DNA from: Minisyncoccota bacterium | GTDB taxonomy: Bacteria; Patescibacteriota; Minisyncoccia; Phycocordibacterales; UBA6065 | NCBI GenBank assembly: GCA_035546035.1 | Contig: DASZXC010000008.1 | Span: 316,265 to 380,264, forward strand | Length of the DNA: 64,000 bases | Direction: 5' to 3' | In this document: positions 29,166 to 37,501 of the stretch, piece by piece | How the letters are laid out: each line of letters opens with the position of its first letter | Position numbering within the stretch: the stretch's first letter is position 1 | Position numbers and translations under genes: made by a program | The notes under the pieces: generated by a model | Database searches by the model: none | Told to the model about the DNA's origin: nothing | The model's input: only the letters and a program-made list of their open reading frames with translations

Positions 29166-29234
29166 AGCCGTTCCTTGCCTTTTTAAGCCCTCTTTGATAA
29201 GCTTTCCAAACGTTTCAAAAACGCAGCAAACCTA

Positions 29235-29954
29235 ATGCCAACCGCAAAAAACAAGGATTCGATGGTAGAAGCGATGTTCAAAGCAGGGGCCCATTTCGGC
29301 CTCGCTAAAGCTCGCCGCCATCCTACGACCAAGCCGTACGTATTCGGCGTCAAAAACAATATCGAGATCTTCGACCTCGAGAAGACGAACGAAGCCCTCG
29401 AGAAGGCCAAGTCTTTCGTAGCGTCTATCGCCGCTTCGGGCAAGCAGGCTCTCTTTGTCGGCGGCAAGAGCGAGGTCATTCCCGCGGTAAAGGCTGCTGC
29501 GGTCAAAGCCGGCCAGCCTATGGTCGCAGGCCGATGGATCGGCGGAACTCTCACGAACTCGACGCAGATCAAGAAGCGCATCGAGAAGTACGAGAATCGC
29601 CTCAAGGAAAAGGAGAAGGGCGAGCTCGCTAAATACACCAAGAAGGAGCGCCTCCTCATCGATCGCGAGATCGCAAAGCTCGAAACCCTCTTCGGGGGCA
29701 TCGTCTCCATGAAGGACAAGCCCGGCGTTCTCATCGTCGTAGACCCGAAGAAGGAATATATCGCCGTAGACGAGGCCCGCCAGACCGGCGTCCCTGTCGT
29801 CGCTATCGCATCGTCCGATTGCGACTTCTCTCTCGTCGATTTCGCTATCCCTGCGAACGACTCTTCGGCTGCATCTGCAGCATTCTTCCTCGACGAATTG
29901 GCTCGCGCATACGCTGAAGCCAAGGTCATGAAGCCGGAGGCAAAGACAGCCTAA
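29235..29954 (+). CDS. rpsB: 30S ribosomal protein S2
   Basis: ...MFKAGAHFGLAKARRHPTTKPYVFG...LFVGGK... Confidence 0.9.
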   Translation: MPTAKNKDSMVEAMFKAGAHFGLAKARRHPTTKPYVFGVKNNIEIFDLEKTNEALEKAKSFVASIAASGKQALFVGGKSEVIPAVKAAAVKAGQPMVAGRWIGGTLTNSTQIKKRIEKYENRLKEKEKGELAKYTKKERLLIDREIAKLETLFGGIVSMKDKPGVLIVVDPKKEYIAVDEARQTGVPVVAIASSDCDFSLVDFAIPANDSSAASAAFFLDELARAYAEAKVMKPEAKTA

Positions 29955-30013
29955 CTCTCGGCTTCTGCCCGTGATATAATGTCAGTCCCTGCCAGCTTTA
30001 ATTTTTTCTATTT

Positions 30014-30592
30014 ATGGTAACCAACGACCAGATCAAGGAGCTCCGAGAGTCTACCGGCGTTTCCGTCATGCAGTGCAAGAAAGCCCTTGAAGAGGCCGGC
30101 GGCGACATGGCGAAGGCCATCGTCATATTGAAGAAAAAAGGCGCTGAAGCAGCCGCAAAGAAAGGCGACCGGACCCTCGGCGCTACCCAGATCGCCGCAT
30201 ACGTCCATTCGACCGGCGTCGTCGGCGTCTTGGTCGAGCTCGCATGCGAGACCGACTTCGTAGCTAAGAATCCGGAATTCAAGCAGATGGCATACGACAT
30301 CGCCATGCACATCGCCGCTTCGAAGCCCGAATTCGTAAAGAAGGAGGACGTCAACGCTGAAGCCCGCGCTACCGCAGAATCCGTATTCGCCCAGGAAGTC
30401 GAAGGCAAGCCCGCAGAGATGAAGGCGAAGATCCTCGAAGGTAAGCTCGCGTCGTATTTCTCCGAGCGCGTCCTCTTGGACCAGCCGTTCATCAAGAACC
30501 CGGAGCTCACCATCGCGGGCCTCCTCTCTCAGGGCGTCCAGAAATTCGGCGAGAAGATCGAGATCGTCCGCTTCACCCGCTACGGCGCATAA
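30014..30592 (+). CDS. tsf: Elongation factor Ts (short form)
   Basis: Its N-terminus matches the UBA-like EF-Ts N-terminal fold (IKELRESTGVSVMQCKKALEEAGGDMAKAI), and ...LVELACETDFVAKN... is present. Confidence 0.9.
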   Translation: MVTNDQIKELRESTGVSVMQCKKALEEAGGDMAKAIVILKKKGAEAAAKKGDRTLGATQIAAYVHSTGVVGVLVELACETDFVAKNPEFKQMAYDIAMHIAASKPEFVKKEDVNAEARATAESVFAQEVEGKPAEMKAKILEGKLASYFSERVLLDQPFIKNPELTIAGLLSQGVQKFGEKIEIVRFTRYGA

Positions 30593-30613
30593 CAGGCAGC
30601 TTAAATCATCACT

Positions 30614-31027
30614 ATGACCCTCGAGCTCACGCTCATGACGGTGGCAGCAGCAGGAATGATCGCCCTGCTCGTCCACAAGCGCTCCGAACTCGCTAAAGGC
30701 GCCGCATCCGCGCGCGTCGAGAACGTTCGCACCAAGGCCGATCCTTTCTTTCAGGATATCGCCCATAAGAGCATGCGCCTCGCATCGCAGCTCACGTTCA
30801 GGAACCTCGTCCTCGTCTTGAATCACGCATTCGTCGCCGTGGTCAAATTCTTTATGGATGTCTCGCACCGCGCGCACAAAGTATCGTCCAATATCGTCGA
30901 AAAGGCGTCCAAGAAGACCGAAGACCTCTCTCGAGGCGGCGCCGCATCCTTTTACCTGAAGCAGATCAAGGAAACTAAGGACGGAGTCCAGTCGGCTCCC
31001 GAGCCGACAACACGCATCGAAGGCTAG
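30614..31027 (+). CDS. Hypothetical protein with N-terminal TM segment (137 aa)
   Basis: Intact ORF immediately downstream of tsf. Confidence 0.4.
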   Translation: MTLELTLMTVAAAGMIALLVHKRSELAKGAASARVENVRTKADPFFQDIAHKSMRLASQLTFRNLVLVLNHAFVAVVKFFMDVSHRAHKVSSNIVEKASKKTEDLSRGGAASFYLKQIKETKDGVQSAPEPTTRIEG

Positions 31028-31032
31028 GCATT

Positions 31033-31105
31033 GCCACCTTAGCTCAGTTGGTAGAGCAACTGTTTTGTAAACAGTAGGTCCCCGGTTCAAGCCCGGGAGG
31101 TGGCT
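31033..31105 (+). tRNA. tRNA-Thr (anticodon UGU)
   Basis: GCCACCT-TA-GCTC AGTTGGTA GAGC-A-ACTGT TTTGTAA ACAGT-AGGTC-CCCGG TTCAAGC CCGGG-AGGTGGC-T. The discriminator is U and CCA is not encoded. Confidence 0.85.
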
Positions 31106-31147
31106 CAACCAGAATACTTTTGATAGAGTAACCAGCGTTCGATCCAC

Positions 31148-32296
31148 ATGCCCACGCGACATCATATCGTTATAAAAGACCCGAAGGAAGCCGAGCTTAT
31201 CGCTGGTCTTCAGGGTAAGACGGACGTCAAATCCGAGCGTCTCAAGCGCCTTCTCGCACTGCCTGACCTCACCAAGAAGGCTAATTCGCCGGTAAAGATC
31301 CTCTTTGATCACATCCTCGCGCTTCCGGTCTTCAAAGACTTCGATATCGTAGAATTCCCGCGCATCGTCACGGTCGAGGAGAATTTCGACCTGCTCAATA
31401 CGCCGAAGGACCACCCGAGCCGCCGCGAGAACGACACGTACTACGTGGATGATACCCACGTCCTCCGCACCCAGATGACCGTCATGTGGTCGTTCTATCT
31501 GCGCGACAAGGACGTCCTGGCCCGTCTCGAGAAGGACGGGGAAGTGATGGCTCTCTCGCCGGGCATCGTCTTCCGCAAGGACGAAATAGACAGGCGACAT
31601 TATCCGGCGTTCCATCAAGTAGACGGCCTCTATATATGCAAGAAGTCCAAGAAGCAGATCACCCAGGGCGATCTCGAGGAGGTTCAGAAAGAGATGGCCA
31701 AGGGCATATTCGGCGACACTATCGAATATAAATTCCTCGTCGACGCCTTTCCGTTCACCGATCCGTCGGTCGAAATGGACATCATGTTCAATGGCGACTG
31801 GATGGAGGTGAACGGCGCCGGCCTCGTCCATCCGCAGGTGCTCCGTAATTTCGGCCTCGATCCCGAAGTCTATAACGGCTGGGCATTCGGATTCGGCGAC
31901 AGGCTCGCCATGGTCAAGATGGCCATTCCGGACATCCGCATTCTCTGGTCCGAAGACCCTCGCATCACGAGCCAGTTCAAGAATCTCGACAGCAAATTCA
32001 AGGAAGTATCCAAGTATCCGCCGATCGTGCGCGATATATCCTTCATCGTAGACAAATCCACAGGCCTCAACAACTACTACGAGATTGCCCGTGACTGCGC
32101 TGGAAACCTCATCGAGGAGCTCGCCCTTGTCGACACTTTTGAGAACGCCAAGAAGTTTGGAGAAGGGAAGGTCAGCTATACGTTCCGCATCACATACCGC
32201 TCGCCGGAGCGCACCCTCACGAACGAGGAAGTGAATGCTATCCACGCCAAGATCCAGGAGAAGACAACGGCAGAGCTCGGTGCTCTGGTTCGCTAG
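31148..32296 (+). CDS. pheS: Phenylalanyl-tRNA synthetase, single-chain mitochondrial-type (catalytic alpha core plus C-terminal FDX-ACB anticodon-binding domain)
   Basis: Class II motifs (...GIVFRKDEIDRRHYPAFHQVDG..., FPFTDPSVEMDI, GWAFGFGDRLAMVKMAIPDIR). The C-terminal about 95 aa (SKYPPIVRDISFIVD...TFRITYRSPERTLTNEEVNAIHAKIQE) resemble the FDX-ACB domain of human FARS2 and of bacterial PheT C-termini. No pheT is adjacent. Confidence 0.75.
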   Translation: MPTRHHIVIKDPKEAELIAGLQGKTDVKSERLKRLLALPDLTKKANSPVKILFDHILALPVFKDFDIVEFPRIVTVEENFDLLNTPKDHPSRRENDTYYVDDTHVLRTQMTVMWSFYLRDKDVLARLEKDGEVMALSPGIVFRKDEIDRRHYPAFHQVDGLYICKKSKKQITQGDLEEVQKEMAKGIFGDTIEYKFLVDAFPFTDPSVEMDIMFNGDWMEVNGAGLVHPQVLRNFGLDPEVYNGWAFGFGDRLAMVKMAIPDIRILWSEDPRITSQFKNLDSKFKEVSKYPPIVRDISFIVDKSTGLNNYYEIARDCAGNLIEELALVDTFENAKKFGEGKVSYTFRITYRSPERTLTNEEVNAIHAKIQEKTTAELGALVR

Positions 32297-32410
32297 TTTT
32301 TGGCCCTAAGATAGGCCTTAGAGATGACGGATAAGAGGGTGGCGAATACCCCTCAAATTTGCTATAATTCTAGGGTAAATAACCATTCCCGGCGGTCTCA
32401 TTTTTTGTTT

Positions 32411-34468
32411 ATGGCAGAGAAAAAAGCAGATAAAAAGTCTTCATACGGCGCTGAATCGATCCAGGTCCTCGAAGGCCTCGAGCCGGTGCGAAAGCGCCCC
32501 GGCATGTATATCGGCACGACCGGTCCTGACGGCTTCCACCATCTCATAACCGAGATCTTCGATAACTCGCGCGACGAAGCCATGGGCGGCCACGCGAACG
32601 ATATCGAGATCGCGCTCCTTCCGGGCGAAATGGTCCGCGTTGCGGACAACGGCCGCGGCATCCCCGTAGACGTCCATGCCAAGACCAAGATCTCGGCCCT
32701 CGAGATGGTCATGACCGTCCTTCACGCCGGCGGCAAGTTCGGCGGCGAGGATTCGGGATATAAAGTCTCCGGAGGCCTCCACGGCGTGGGCGCATCCGTA
32801 GTCAACGCTCTGTCCATTTATTGCAAGGCCGAAGTCCATCGTGACGGCGGCAAATATGTCCAGGAATACTCCCAGGGCAAGCGCAAGGCGGCCGTAAAGA
32901 AAGTCGGCTCGTCCAAGCTCAACGGCACCATCACTACGTTCCAGCCCGATACCGAAATATTCGGCCCGCAGGTCTTCGATTTCAACCGCATCGTCACCCA
33001 TATGCGCCAGCAGGCGTATCTTGTGCGCGGCCTCCGCATTTCCGTCATAGACGCGCGCGAATACAAGGGCTCGATAGACACCGACGACATATTCTATTTC
33101 CGCGAGTCCATGATCGAGGCTCCGTCCCAGACCTTCTATTTCGAAGGCGGTCTCGTATCTCTCGTCCGCTTCACCAATTCTCTCCAGAAGCCGATCCACA
33201 AGAACATCTTCTATGTGGAAAAGAAGGCCGAAGGCGTCGAATCGGTCGAAGTCGCCCTCCAGTACGTGGACGACATCTCGTCGCGCATCCTTCCGTTCGC
33301 GAACAATATCTATAACGGCGAGGGCGGCACGCATATCACCGGCTTTAAGACCGCGCTTACTCGAACGCTCAACAGCTATGCCAAGAAGAACGGCGGCAAG
33401 GAAGACGACTCTTTCACCGGCGACGATGTCCTTGAAGGCCTCACTGCCGTCGTATCCGTAAAGCTCCGCGAGATCCAGTTCGAAGGCCAGACCAAGGCCA
33501 AGCTCGGCTCCGTAGAGGCCCAGTCGGCCACTGCAGGCGTATTCGGCGAGGCGTTCCAGCTCTTCCTCGAAGAGAACCCTGACGACGCCAAAGCCATGAT
33601 CGCCAAGGCGACCCTCGCCATGAAGGCCCGCAAGGCCGCAAAGGCCGCAAAGGATTCGATCCTCCGTAAGGGCGCCCTCGAAGGCATGACGCTCCCGGGC
33701 AAGCTTGCCGACTGCGAATCGAGCGACGCATCGGAATCCGAGGTCTTCATCGTAGAGGGCGACTCGGCAGGCGGCACCGCGAAGACCGGTCGCAATCGAA
33801 AGACGCAGGCCGTGCTCCCGCTCCGCGGAAAGATTCTTAATATCGAAAGGGCCCGCCTCGACCGCATGCTCGGCTCCGAGCAGATCAAGAACCTCGTCGT
33901 CGCCATGGGCACGGCGATAGGCGAGACGTTCGACATATCGAAGCTCCGCTATCACAAGGTCATCATCGCGACCGATGCCGACGTGGACGGCGCGCATATC
34001 AGGACGCTCATCCTCACGCTCTTGTACCGATACTTCAAGCCGCTTATAGACGGCGGATATATCTACATCGCCCAGCCGCCGCTCTATAAGGTGAAGCGCG
34101 GAAAGGAGCTCATGTATTTCTATTCCGAGGAAGAGAAGACTAAAATACTCGGCAAAGACGAGATCCCTCTCGAAAGCGACGAGAACGCAGAAGAGGCCGC
34201 TGAAGAAGCAGAAGAGGAAGAGGCGAAAGGGAAGGGCGCCAAAAAAGCCGCGAGGACTCACGTCCAGCGCTACAAGGGCCTCGGCGAGATGAACGCGGAA
34301 GAGCTCTGGGAGACCACTATGGACCCCGCGCGGCGCCTCTTGAAGCAAGTCACCATCGCCGACGCGCAGGAAGCAGACAAGGTATTCGATATGCTCATGG
34401 GTACCGACGTGCCGAGCCGCAAGACCTTCATCCAGTCCAACGCCCACAAGGCGACGATAGACGTATAA
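32411..34468 (+). CDS. gyrB: DNA gyrase subunit B (type IIA topoisomerase ATPase subunit; no gyrA adjacent)
   Basis: GHKL ATPase N-terminus (...LHHLITEIFDNSRDEAMGGH...), TOPRIM (...EVFIVEGDSAGG...) and QRYKGLGEMNAEELWETTMDP at the C-terminus. Start taken at MAEKK. Confidence 0.9.
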   Translation: MAEKKADKKSSYGAESIQVLEGLEPVRKRPGMYIGTTGPDGFHHLITEIFDNSRDEAMGGHANDIEIALLPGEMVRVADNGRGIPVDVHAKTKISALEMVMTVLHAGGKFGGEDSGYKVSGGLHGVGASVVNALSIYCKAEVHRDGGKYVQEYSQGKRKAAVKKVGSSKLNGTITTFQPDTEIFGPQVFDFNRIVTHMRQQAYLVRGLRISVIDAREYKGSIDTDDIFYFRESMIEAPSQTFYFEGGLVSLVRFTNSLQKPIHKNIFYVEKKAEGVESVEVALQYVDDISSRILPFANNIYNGEGGTHITGFKTALTRTLNSYAKKNGGKEDDSFTGDDVLEGLTAVVSVKLREIQFEGQTKAKLGSVEAQSATAGVFGEAFQLFLEENPDDAKAMIAKATLAMKARKAAKAAKDSILRKGALEGMTLPGKLADCESSDASESEVFIVEGDSAGGTAKTGRNRKTQAVLPLRGKILNIERARLDRMLGSEQIKNLVVAMGTAIGETFDISKLRYHKVIIATDADVDGAHIRTLILTLLYRYFKPLIDGGYIYIAQPPLYKVKRGKELMYFYSEEEKTKILGKDEIPLESDENAEEAAEEAEEEEAKGKGAKKAARTHVQRYKGLGEMNAEELWETTMDPARRLLKQVTIADAQEADKVFDMLMGTDVPSRKTFIQSNAHKATIDV

Positions 34469-34477
34469 TCAAGATCA

Positions 34478-34520
34478 TACACACGAAAAAAGCCCTATTT
34501 AAGGGCTTTTTTCGTGTGTA
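34478..34520. terminator. Perfect 18-bp-arm palindromic bidirectional terminator
   Basis: TACACACGAAAAAAGCCC-tatttaa-GGGCTTTTTTCGTGTGTA. Confidence 0.7.
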
Positions 34521-34558
34521 TTGACTTTATATATAAGAGGTGATATAATAGTAGGAGA

Positions 34559-34984
34559 ATGCATGCATTATCCATAGAGGACAAAAACCGTCTCACGCAG
34601 ACGTCCTCTCGATTCAAGATCATTGCCCCGCTCGAGGAGATCAAATCCGAGTGCGAGGGCAACGAAATCCTTACAGAGCTTTTTGAGAATATGATCGACT
34701 TCGCCCTGCGCTACGCCGAATCGGTATGCCGATGGCAGCGCATGGCGGTGGAGACCCCGGATGAATTCGATGCCATCGGCACCCGCCAGGCCATCGAGGA
34801 CACCCGTCGCACGGTTCACAACGCTTTCATCGAGCATGTGAATATCCTCTCCCGGACGCTTGTCCGGCAGGGCAGGAAAGCCGAGTGGCGGGGCAGGGTC
34901 GGGCATGACCGCGCGGCCTTGGGCCGGTTCGCCATCGTTATCGCTTTCGAGTACATCAAGACAACCGAAGGAGGTAATGTATGA
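34559..34984 (+). CDS. Hypothetical protein (141 aa)
   Basis: ATG at 34559. Translationally coupled (ATGA overlap) to the next ORF. I recognise no domain. Confidence 0.5.
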   Translation: MHALSIEDKNRLTQTSSRFKIIAPLEEIKSECEGNEILTELFENMIDFALRYAESVCRWQRMAVETPDEFDAIGTRQAIEDTRRTVHNAFIEHVNILSRTLVRQGRKAEWRGRVGHDRAALGRFAIVIAFEYIKTTEGGNV

Positions 34985-35166
34985 CCGACCAGACCACGGA
35001 ACGCAAAGTCAGGCTCCTTCGCTACGGCGAACTGGCCATGCGCAAAGCGCGCGACGAAGCCAGCCAGGAAGAGCTCGCAGAGATGGAAGAGATCCGCAAG
35101 GAGCTCGACCTGTCGGAAAGCGAGATCATCGCCAAAGTCGAGAGTATAGTCAAAAAGAACTACTAA
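34981..35166 (+). CDS. Hypothetical small acidic coiled-coil protein (61 aa)
   Basis: Strong SD GAAGGAGG 7 nt upstream. The ATG overlaps the stop of the upstream ORF, and a terminator follows. Confidence 0.55.
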   Translation: MTDQTTERKVRLLRYGELAMRKARDEASQEELAEMEEIRKELDLSESEIIAKVESIVKKNY

Positions 35167-35178
35167 GGAATTCGAACG

Positions 35179-35211
35179 GCGCCCGTCTGAAATATGACGG
35201 GCGCTTTTTTT
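35179..35211. terminator. Bidirectional terminator shared by the 34981-35166 gene and thrS
   Basis: GCGCCCGTC-tgaaatat-GACGGGCGC followed by TTTTTTT. The thrS stop abuts the T-run on the other strand. Confidence 0.65.
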
Positions 35212-36961
35212 ATTTCTTCTCTGCCGCCTCCGCCGAAAGCATGGCGACGGCTTCTTCGGCTTTCATCTCGCCTACTTTGCCTTTATCGCGGGACTCGAGC
35301 GTGACGACGCCTTTTTCCATATCTTTGTCGCCGATGATGACGGTATAGGGGATCTTCATGTCTTTTGCCTCGCGGACCTTTTTGCCGAAGCCCGCGTCCG
35401 ATGCGTCTATGTCGACGCGTATGCCCGCTCTTTTGAGCAATACGCCGACCTCCGCTGCGCGGGCATTATTCGATTCGCGGACGGGCACGATTTTGACCTG
35501 GGTCGGAGCGAGCCAGAGAGGGAAGTTGCCGCCCGTATGCTCGATCAGGATGCTCATGAATCGTTCGAGCGATCCCATGATGGCGGCGTGGATCATGACG
35601 ATCCTTTCGCGCTCGCCCTTCTCGTTCACGCAGGACAGATCGAATCGCTCCGGCATATTCATGTCGAGTTGGATCGTGGCGACCTGCCAGCGGCGGCCGA
35701 TGGCGTCATTGGCCATGAAGTCGATCTTGGGGCCATAGAACGCGGCTTCGCCGATGCCGTCGAGGGCCTTTACGCCCTTTTCGTCCACTATTTCGCGGAG
35801 CAATGCCTCTGCCGTCTCCCAGCGCTTCTTGTTGCCGAGGTATTTTTCAGGCTGCTTCGGATCATGGAACGAGAGGCGCGCTTCGAGCTTGAATCCGAAT
35901 GTCGGATAGAATTCGTTGATGATGTCCCAGATCTTCAGGAACTCTGATTTGACGTCTGCCATGCGGCAGAAGACGTGCGCGTCGTCCTGGGCGAACGCGC
36001 GCGTGCGCGAAAGGCCGGACAGTTCGCCGGTCTGCTCGTCGCGATAGCAGGTAGTCGTATTGGCGTATCGCTGGGGCAGATCCTTGTAGCTCCAGAGCCT
36101 GCGGGCGTATATCTGCGTGTGATGAGGGCAGTTCATCGGCTTCATGGCGAATTCGTGGCCTTCGCGCGTCGTGATCTTGAACAGATCGTTCTGATACTTC
36201 TCCCAGTGGCCGGACGTGATATAGAGGTCCTTTTTGGTGATATGAGGGATCTCGACCTTCTCGTATCCGCGCATGGAGCGGAGCGACCATACGTATCCGT
36301 CGAGGAGATGGCGGAGCATGGTGCCGCGGGGCGTCCAGAGGGGAAGGCCCGCGCCGACGAGGTCAGAGAACGTGAAGAGATCCAGTTCAGGGCCGAGCTT
36401 CTTGTGGTCGCGCTTCTTGGCTTCTTCCTGCTGCGCTACGTATGCGTCGAGTTCGGCTTTCGAAGCGAAGGCGAGGCCGTATATGCGGGTCAGCATGGCG
36501 TTCTTCTCGTCGCCGCGCCAGTATGCACCCGCTATGCGCTCGATCTTGAACGCATCGTCATGCATGTCCTTCGGGTCAGCGTGTCCGCCGCGGCAGAGGT
36601 CAGTGAATTTGCCCGACGTATAGAGAGTGATCTTCTCGCCCTTGGCAGCGATGTCAGAGATGAGCTCGAGCTTGTACGGATTGTCTTTGAAGATCTCGCG
36701 AGCCTCGGCTTCGGAGACCTCCTTACCTTCGAATGACTTCCAGGAAGGAAGTATCTTGCGCATGCGCTTTTCTATATCCTTGAATTCCTTGTCCGAGGGC
36801 GCGCCGCTTTTGCCGTCCTTGCCTGCAGGGAATTCGAAATCGTAATAGAAGCCGTTCTCGATCGCGGGGCCGATGGTGTTCTTGACACCGGGGTAGAGCT
36901 CGCCCACGGCGGCGGCGAGGAGATGTGCGAACGAATGGCGGATGTTTTCTGCGGAAGACAT
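35210..36961 (-). CDS. thrS: Threonyl-tRNA synthetase (N-terminally short form lacking TGS/N1)
   Basis: Begins in the second additional domain (HSFAHLLAAAV). It carries class II motifs, Zn ligands and a C-terminal anticodon-binding domain; 583 aa. Confidence 0.9.
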   Translation of the reverse strand: MSSAENIRHSFAHLLAAAVGELYPGVKNTIGPAIENGFYYDFEFPAGKDGKSGAPSDKEFKDIEKRMRKILPSWKSFEGKEVSEAEAREIFKDNPYKLELISDIAAKGEKITLYTSGKFTDLCRGGHADPKDMHDDAFKIERIAGAYWRGDEKNAMLTRIYGLAFASKAELDAYVAQQEEAKKRDHKKLGPELDLFTFSDLVGAGLPLWTPRGTMLRHLLDGYVWSLRSMRGYEKVEIPHITKKDLYITSGHWEKYQNDLFKITTREGHEFAMKPMNCPHHTQIYARRLWSYKDLPQRYANTTTCYRDEQTGELSGLSRTRAFAQDDAHVFCRMADVKSEFLKIWDIINEFYPTFGFKLEARLSFHDPKQPEKYLGNKKRWETAEALLREIVDEKGVKALDGIGEAAFYGPKIDFMANDAIGRRWQVATIQLDMNMPERFDLSCVNEKGERERIVMIHAAIMGSLERFMSILIEHTGGNFPLWLAPTQVKIVPVRESNNARAAEVGVLLKRAGIRVDIDASDAGFGKKVREAKDMKIPYTVIIGDKDMEKGVVTLESRDKGKVGEMKAEEAVAMLSAEAAEKK

Positions 36962-36994
36962 GATGATAAGGTTATAAAAAAGGATTTTCGAACT

Positions 36995-37270
36995 AAAAAC
37001 GGCCCTAGCGAACCGGAGCGGGATTCCGGTTCGCTAGGGCGCATGAGCGCGGTTCCACCTAGGCTTATATCTCTCGAATTGGCGCCAGATTAGGCCTTTC
37101 GGCGGTCCCTTGGTTTGGTGGGCCAAGCAATCTCTGACGGATCAATGGTACTACGATTCAGGGGAAAGTAAAAGAGCGATCGCCTGACGGCTGCGACCGC
37201 TCTTAAGGATGCATATTATGGGCAATATGCCCTGCGAGTTCCTTTCGGACCATGCGGATATCGCATGTGA
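36995..37270 (-). promoter_or_regulatory. T-box riboswitch leader upstream of thrS (candidate Thr specifier ACC)
   Basis: The minus-strand RNA contains ...AAGCCUAGG-UGGAACC-GCGCUCAUGCGC-CCUAGCGAACCGG...CCGGUUCGCUAGGG-CCGUUUUU. This gives a canonical antiterminator (helix A1 CUAGG/CCUAG, 7-nt bulge UGGAACC, helix A2 GCGC/GCGC) whose 3' strand is the 5' strand of a 14-bp terminator hairpin (+37003-37039) followed by a U-run; thrS starts 34 nt further on. UGGA would pair with a tRNA 3' end UCCA, and the tRNA-Thr in this window has discriminator U. Candidate ACC codons followed by A lie near +37146 and +37110. Confidence 0.6.
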
Positions 37271-37300
37271 AAGTAAAAAGCCCCACGAATCAGTGGGGCC
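37271..37300 (-). terminator. Rho-independent terminator on the minus strand, just upstream of the T-box leader
   Basis: Minus-strand GCCCCAC-ugauuc-GUGGGGC followed by UUUUUACUUUC. Confidence 0.55.
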
Positions 37301-37473
37301 CAAACCTGGTCATTCGCCCATCGGGCGGCGACTGGTTTCCAACAAGCTCTCGGCGCGCAGGCCGGACCTGCCAGGTTGGCGGGAGTGGTGCCGTCAGAGT
37401 GCCGGCGTTCCCTCGTACGATCTTTTCCGCTATCGGCGATGATGGTGCCGATCCGGTCAAACGATAGCACAAA
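37301..37473 (-). ncRNA. Candidate small RNA transcription unit bounded by two minus-strand terminator-like hairpins (unassigned)
   Basis: About 170 nt lie between the 12-bp hairpin at 37474-37501 (GGCCCAGGGAUG-UUCA-CAUCCCUGGGCC followed by U-rich sequence) and the terminator at 37271-37300. The region holds internal inverted repeats (GCUAUCG...CGAUAGC). The only ORFs are low-complexity Arg/Pro-rich artefacts. Confidence 0.25.
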
Positions 37474-37501
37474 GGCCCAGGGATGTGAACATCCCTGGGC
37501 C
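37474..37501 (-). terminator. Strong hairpin (12-bp stem, tetraloop); possible terminator of a dnaE-downstream transcript
   Basis: GGCCCAGGGATG-tgaa-CATCCCTGGGCC. On the minus strand it is followed by CUUUGUGCUAUCGUUUG. Confidence 0.4.

Noticed and set aside
30008-32245. Very long antisense ORFs inside core genes (30008-32245 minus, 32441-34447 minus, 54020-55990 minus, 58452-60146 minus, 17842-19863 minus, 26008-27693 minus and others)
   Set aside because: They are shadow ORFs typical of high-GC coding DNA. The sense-strand products are unmistakable core proteins (tsf, pheS, gyrB, rpoB, rpoC, serS, dus).
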